A stretch of DNA of 34,686 nucleotides from an uncultured Candidatus Poseidoniales archaeon (lineage in GTDB: Archaea; Thermoplasmatota; Poseidoniia; Poseidoniales; Thalassarchaeaceae): positions 1,674 to 36,359 of the forward strand of contig CAZXZO010000008.1 in assembly GCA_964645485.1 (NCBI GenBank), read 5' to 3'. Position 1 is the first letter of the stretch; each line of letters starts with the position of its first letter. Shown here one piece after another: positions 34,613-34,686 of this stretch. A program made the position numbers and the translations under genes. Under the pieces are notes generated by a model that worked only from the letters and a program-made list of their open reading frames with translations, made no database searches and was not told the origin of the DNA.

Positions 34613-34686
34613 TCAGATATCTAACTCGATGTTGAGGTTTTGAATGAGTTCTTTGTATCTGTTACGGATTGTTACTTCTGTAACTC
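34613..34686 (-). CDS. tfb: Transcription initiation factor IIB (TFB), C-terminal end only; not in the ORF track
   Basis: Reverse complement of 34613-34684 reads VTEVTIRNRYKELIQNLNIELDI*, containing the TFB BRE-recognition helix (G)VTEVTIRNRYKEL. Confidence 0.92.
   Translation of the reverse strand, partial: VTEVTIRNRYKELIQNLNIELDI

Noticed and set aside
1-34686. CRISPR array, rRNA, integrase, transposase or prophage structural genes
   Set aside because: No regularly spaced repeats, no long non-coding stretches (largest gap 240 bp) and no recombinase or viral hallmark motifs seen.

Overview
Gene-dense archaeal chromosomal window. Archaeal markers are a TFB C-terminus at the right edge, KEOPS Pcc1, phosphopantothenate synthetase and a THEP1-type NTPase. 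These markers, together with many bacterial-type enzymes, membrane-anchored hydrolases and near-zero intergenic gaps, suggest marine Thermoplasmatota (Marine Group II/Poseidoniales-like); this assignment is an inference. Layout: (i) 1-11.5 kb housekeeping and stress genes (ArsA/GET3 with HSP20 tail, erythrin-VIT1, S15/CocE hydrolase, truD, mPGES-2-like GST, pcc1-nadC-pps, LeuB/IDH-family dehydrogenase); (ii) 11.6-13.8 kb, an unannotated three-gene cluster: a soluble RHH-like/coiled-coil/PIP-like/winged-helix protein plus two membrane proteins; (iii) 13.9-29.1 kb, a compositionally mosaic surface-glycan island with bacterial-type Wzm/Wzt exporter, heparinase II/III-like protein, WecB, three GT-B glycosyltransferases, a methyltransferase, a short UDP-sugar dehydrogenase, a GT-C enzyme and an AsnB-like ligase; (iv) 29.2-34.7 kb, a tandem TerB pair, NTPase, HEAT-like protein, bacterial-type RNase HI, gcvH, and a TfoX-N gene directly downstream of tfb. 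I saw no rRNA, tRNA, CRISPR array, integrase or transposase. All family calls come from motif recognition by eye; no searches were run. The best candidates for an undescribed system are the 11.6-13.8 kb cluster and the ABC-exported glycan locus.
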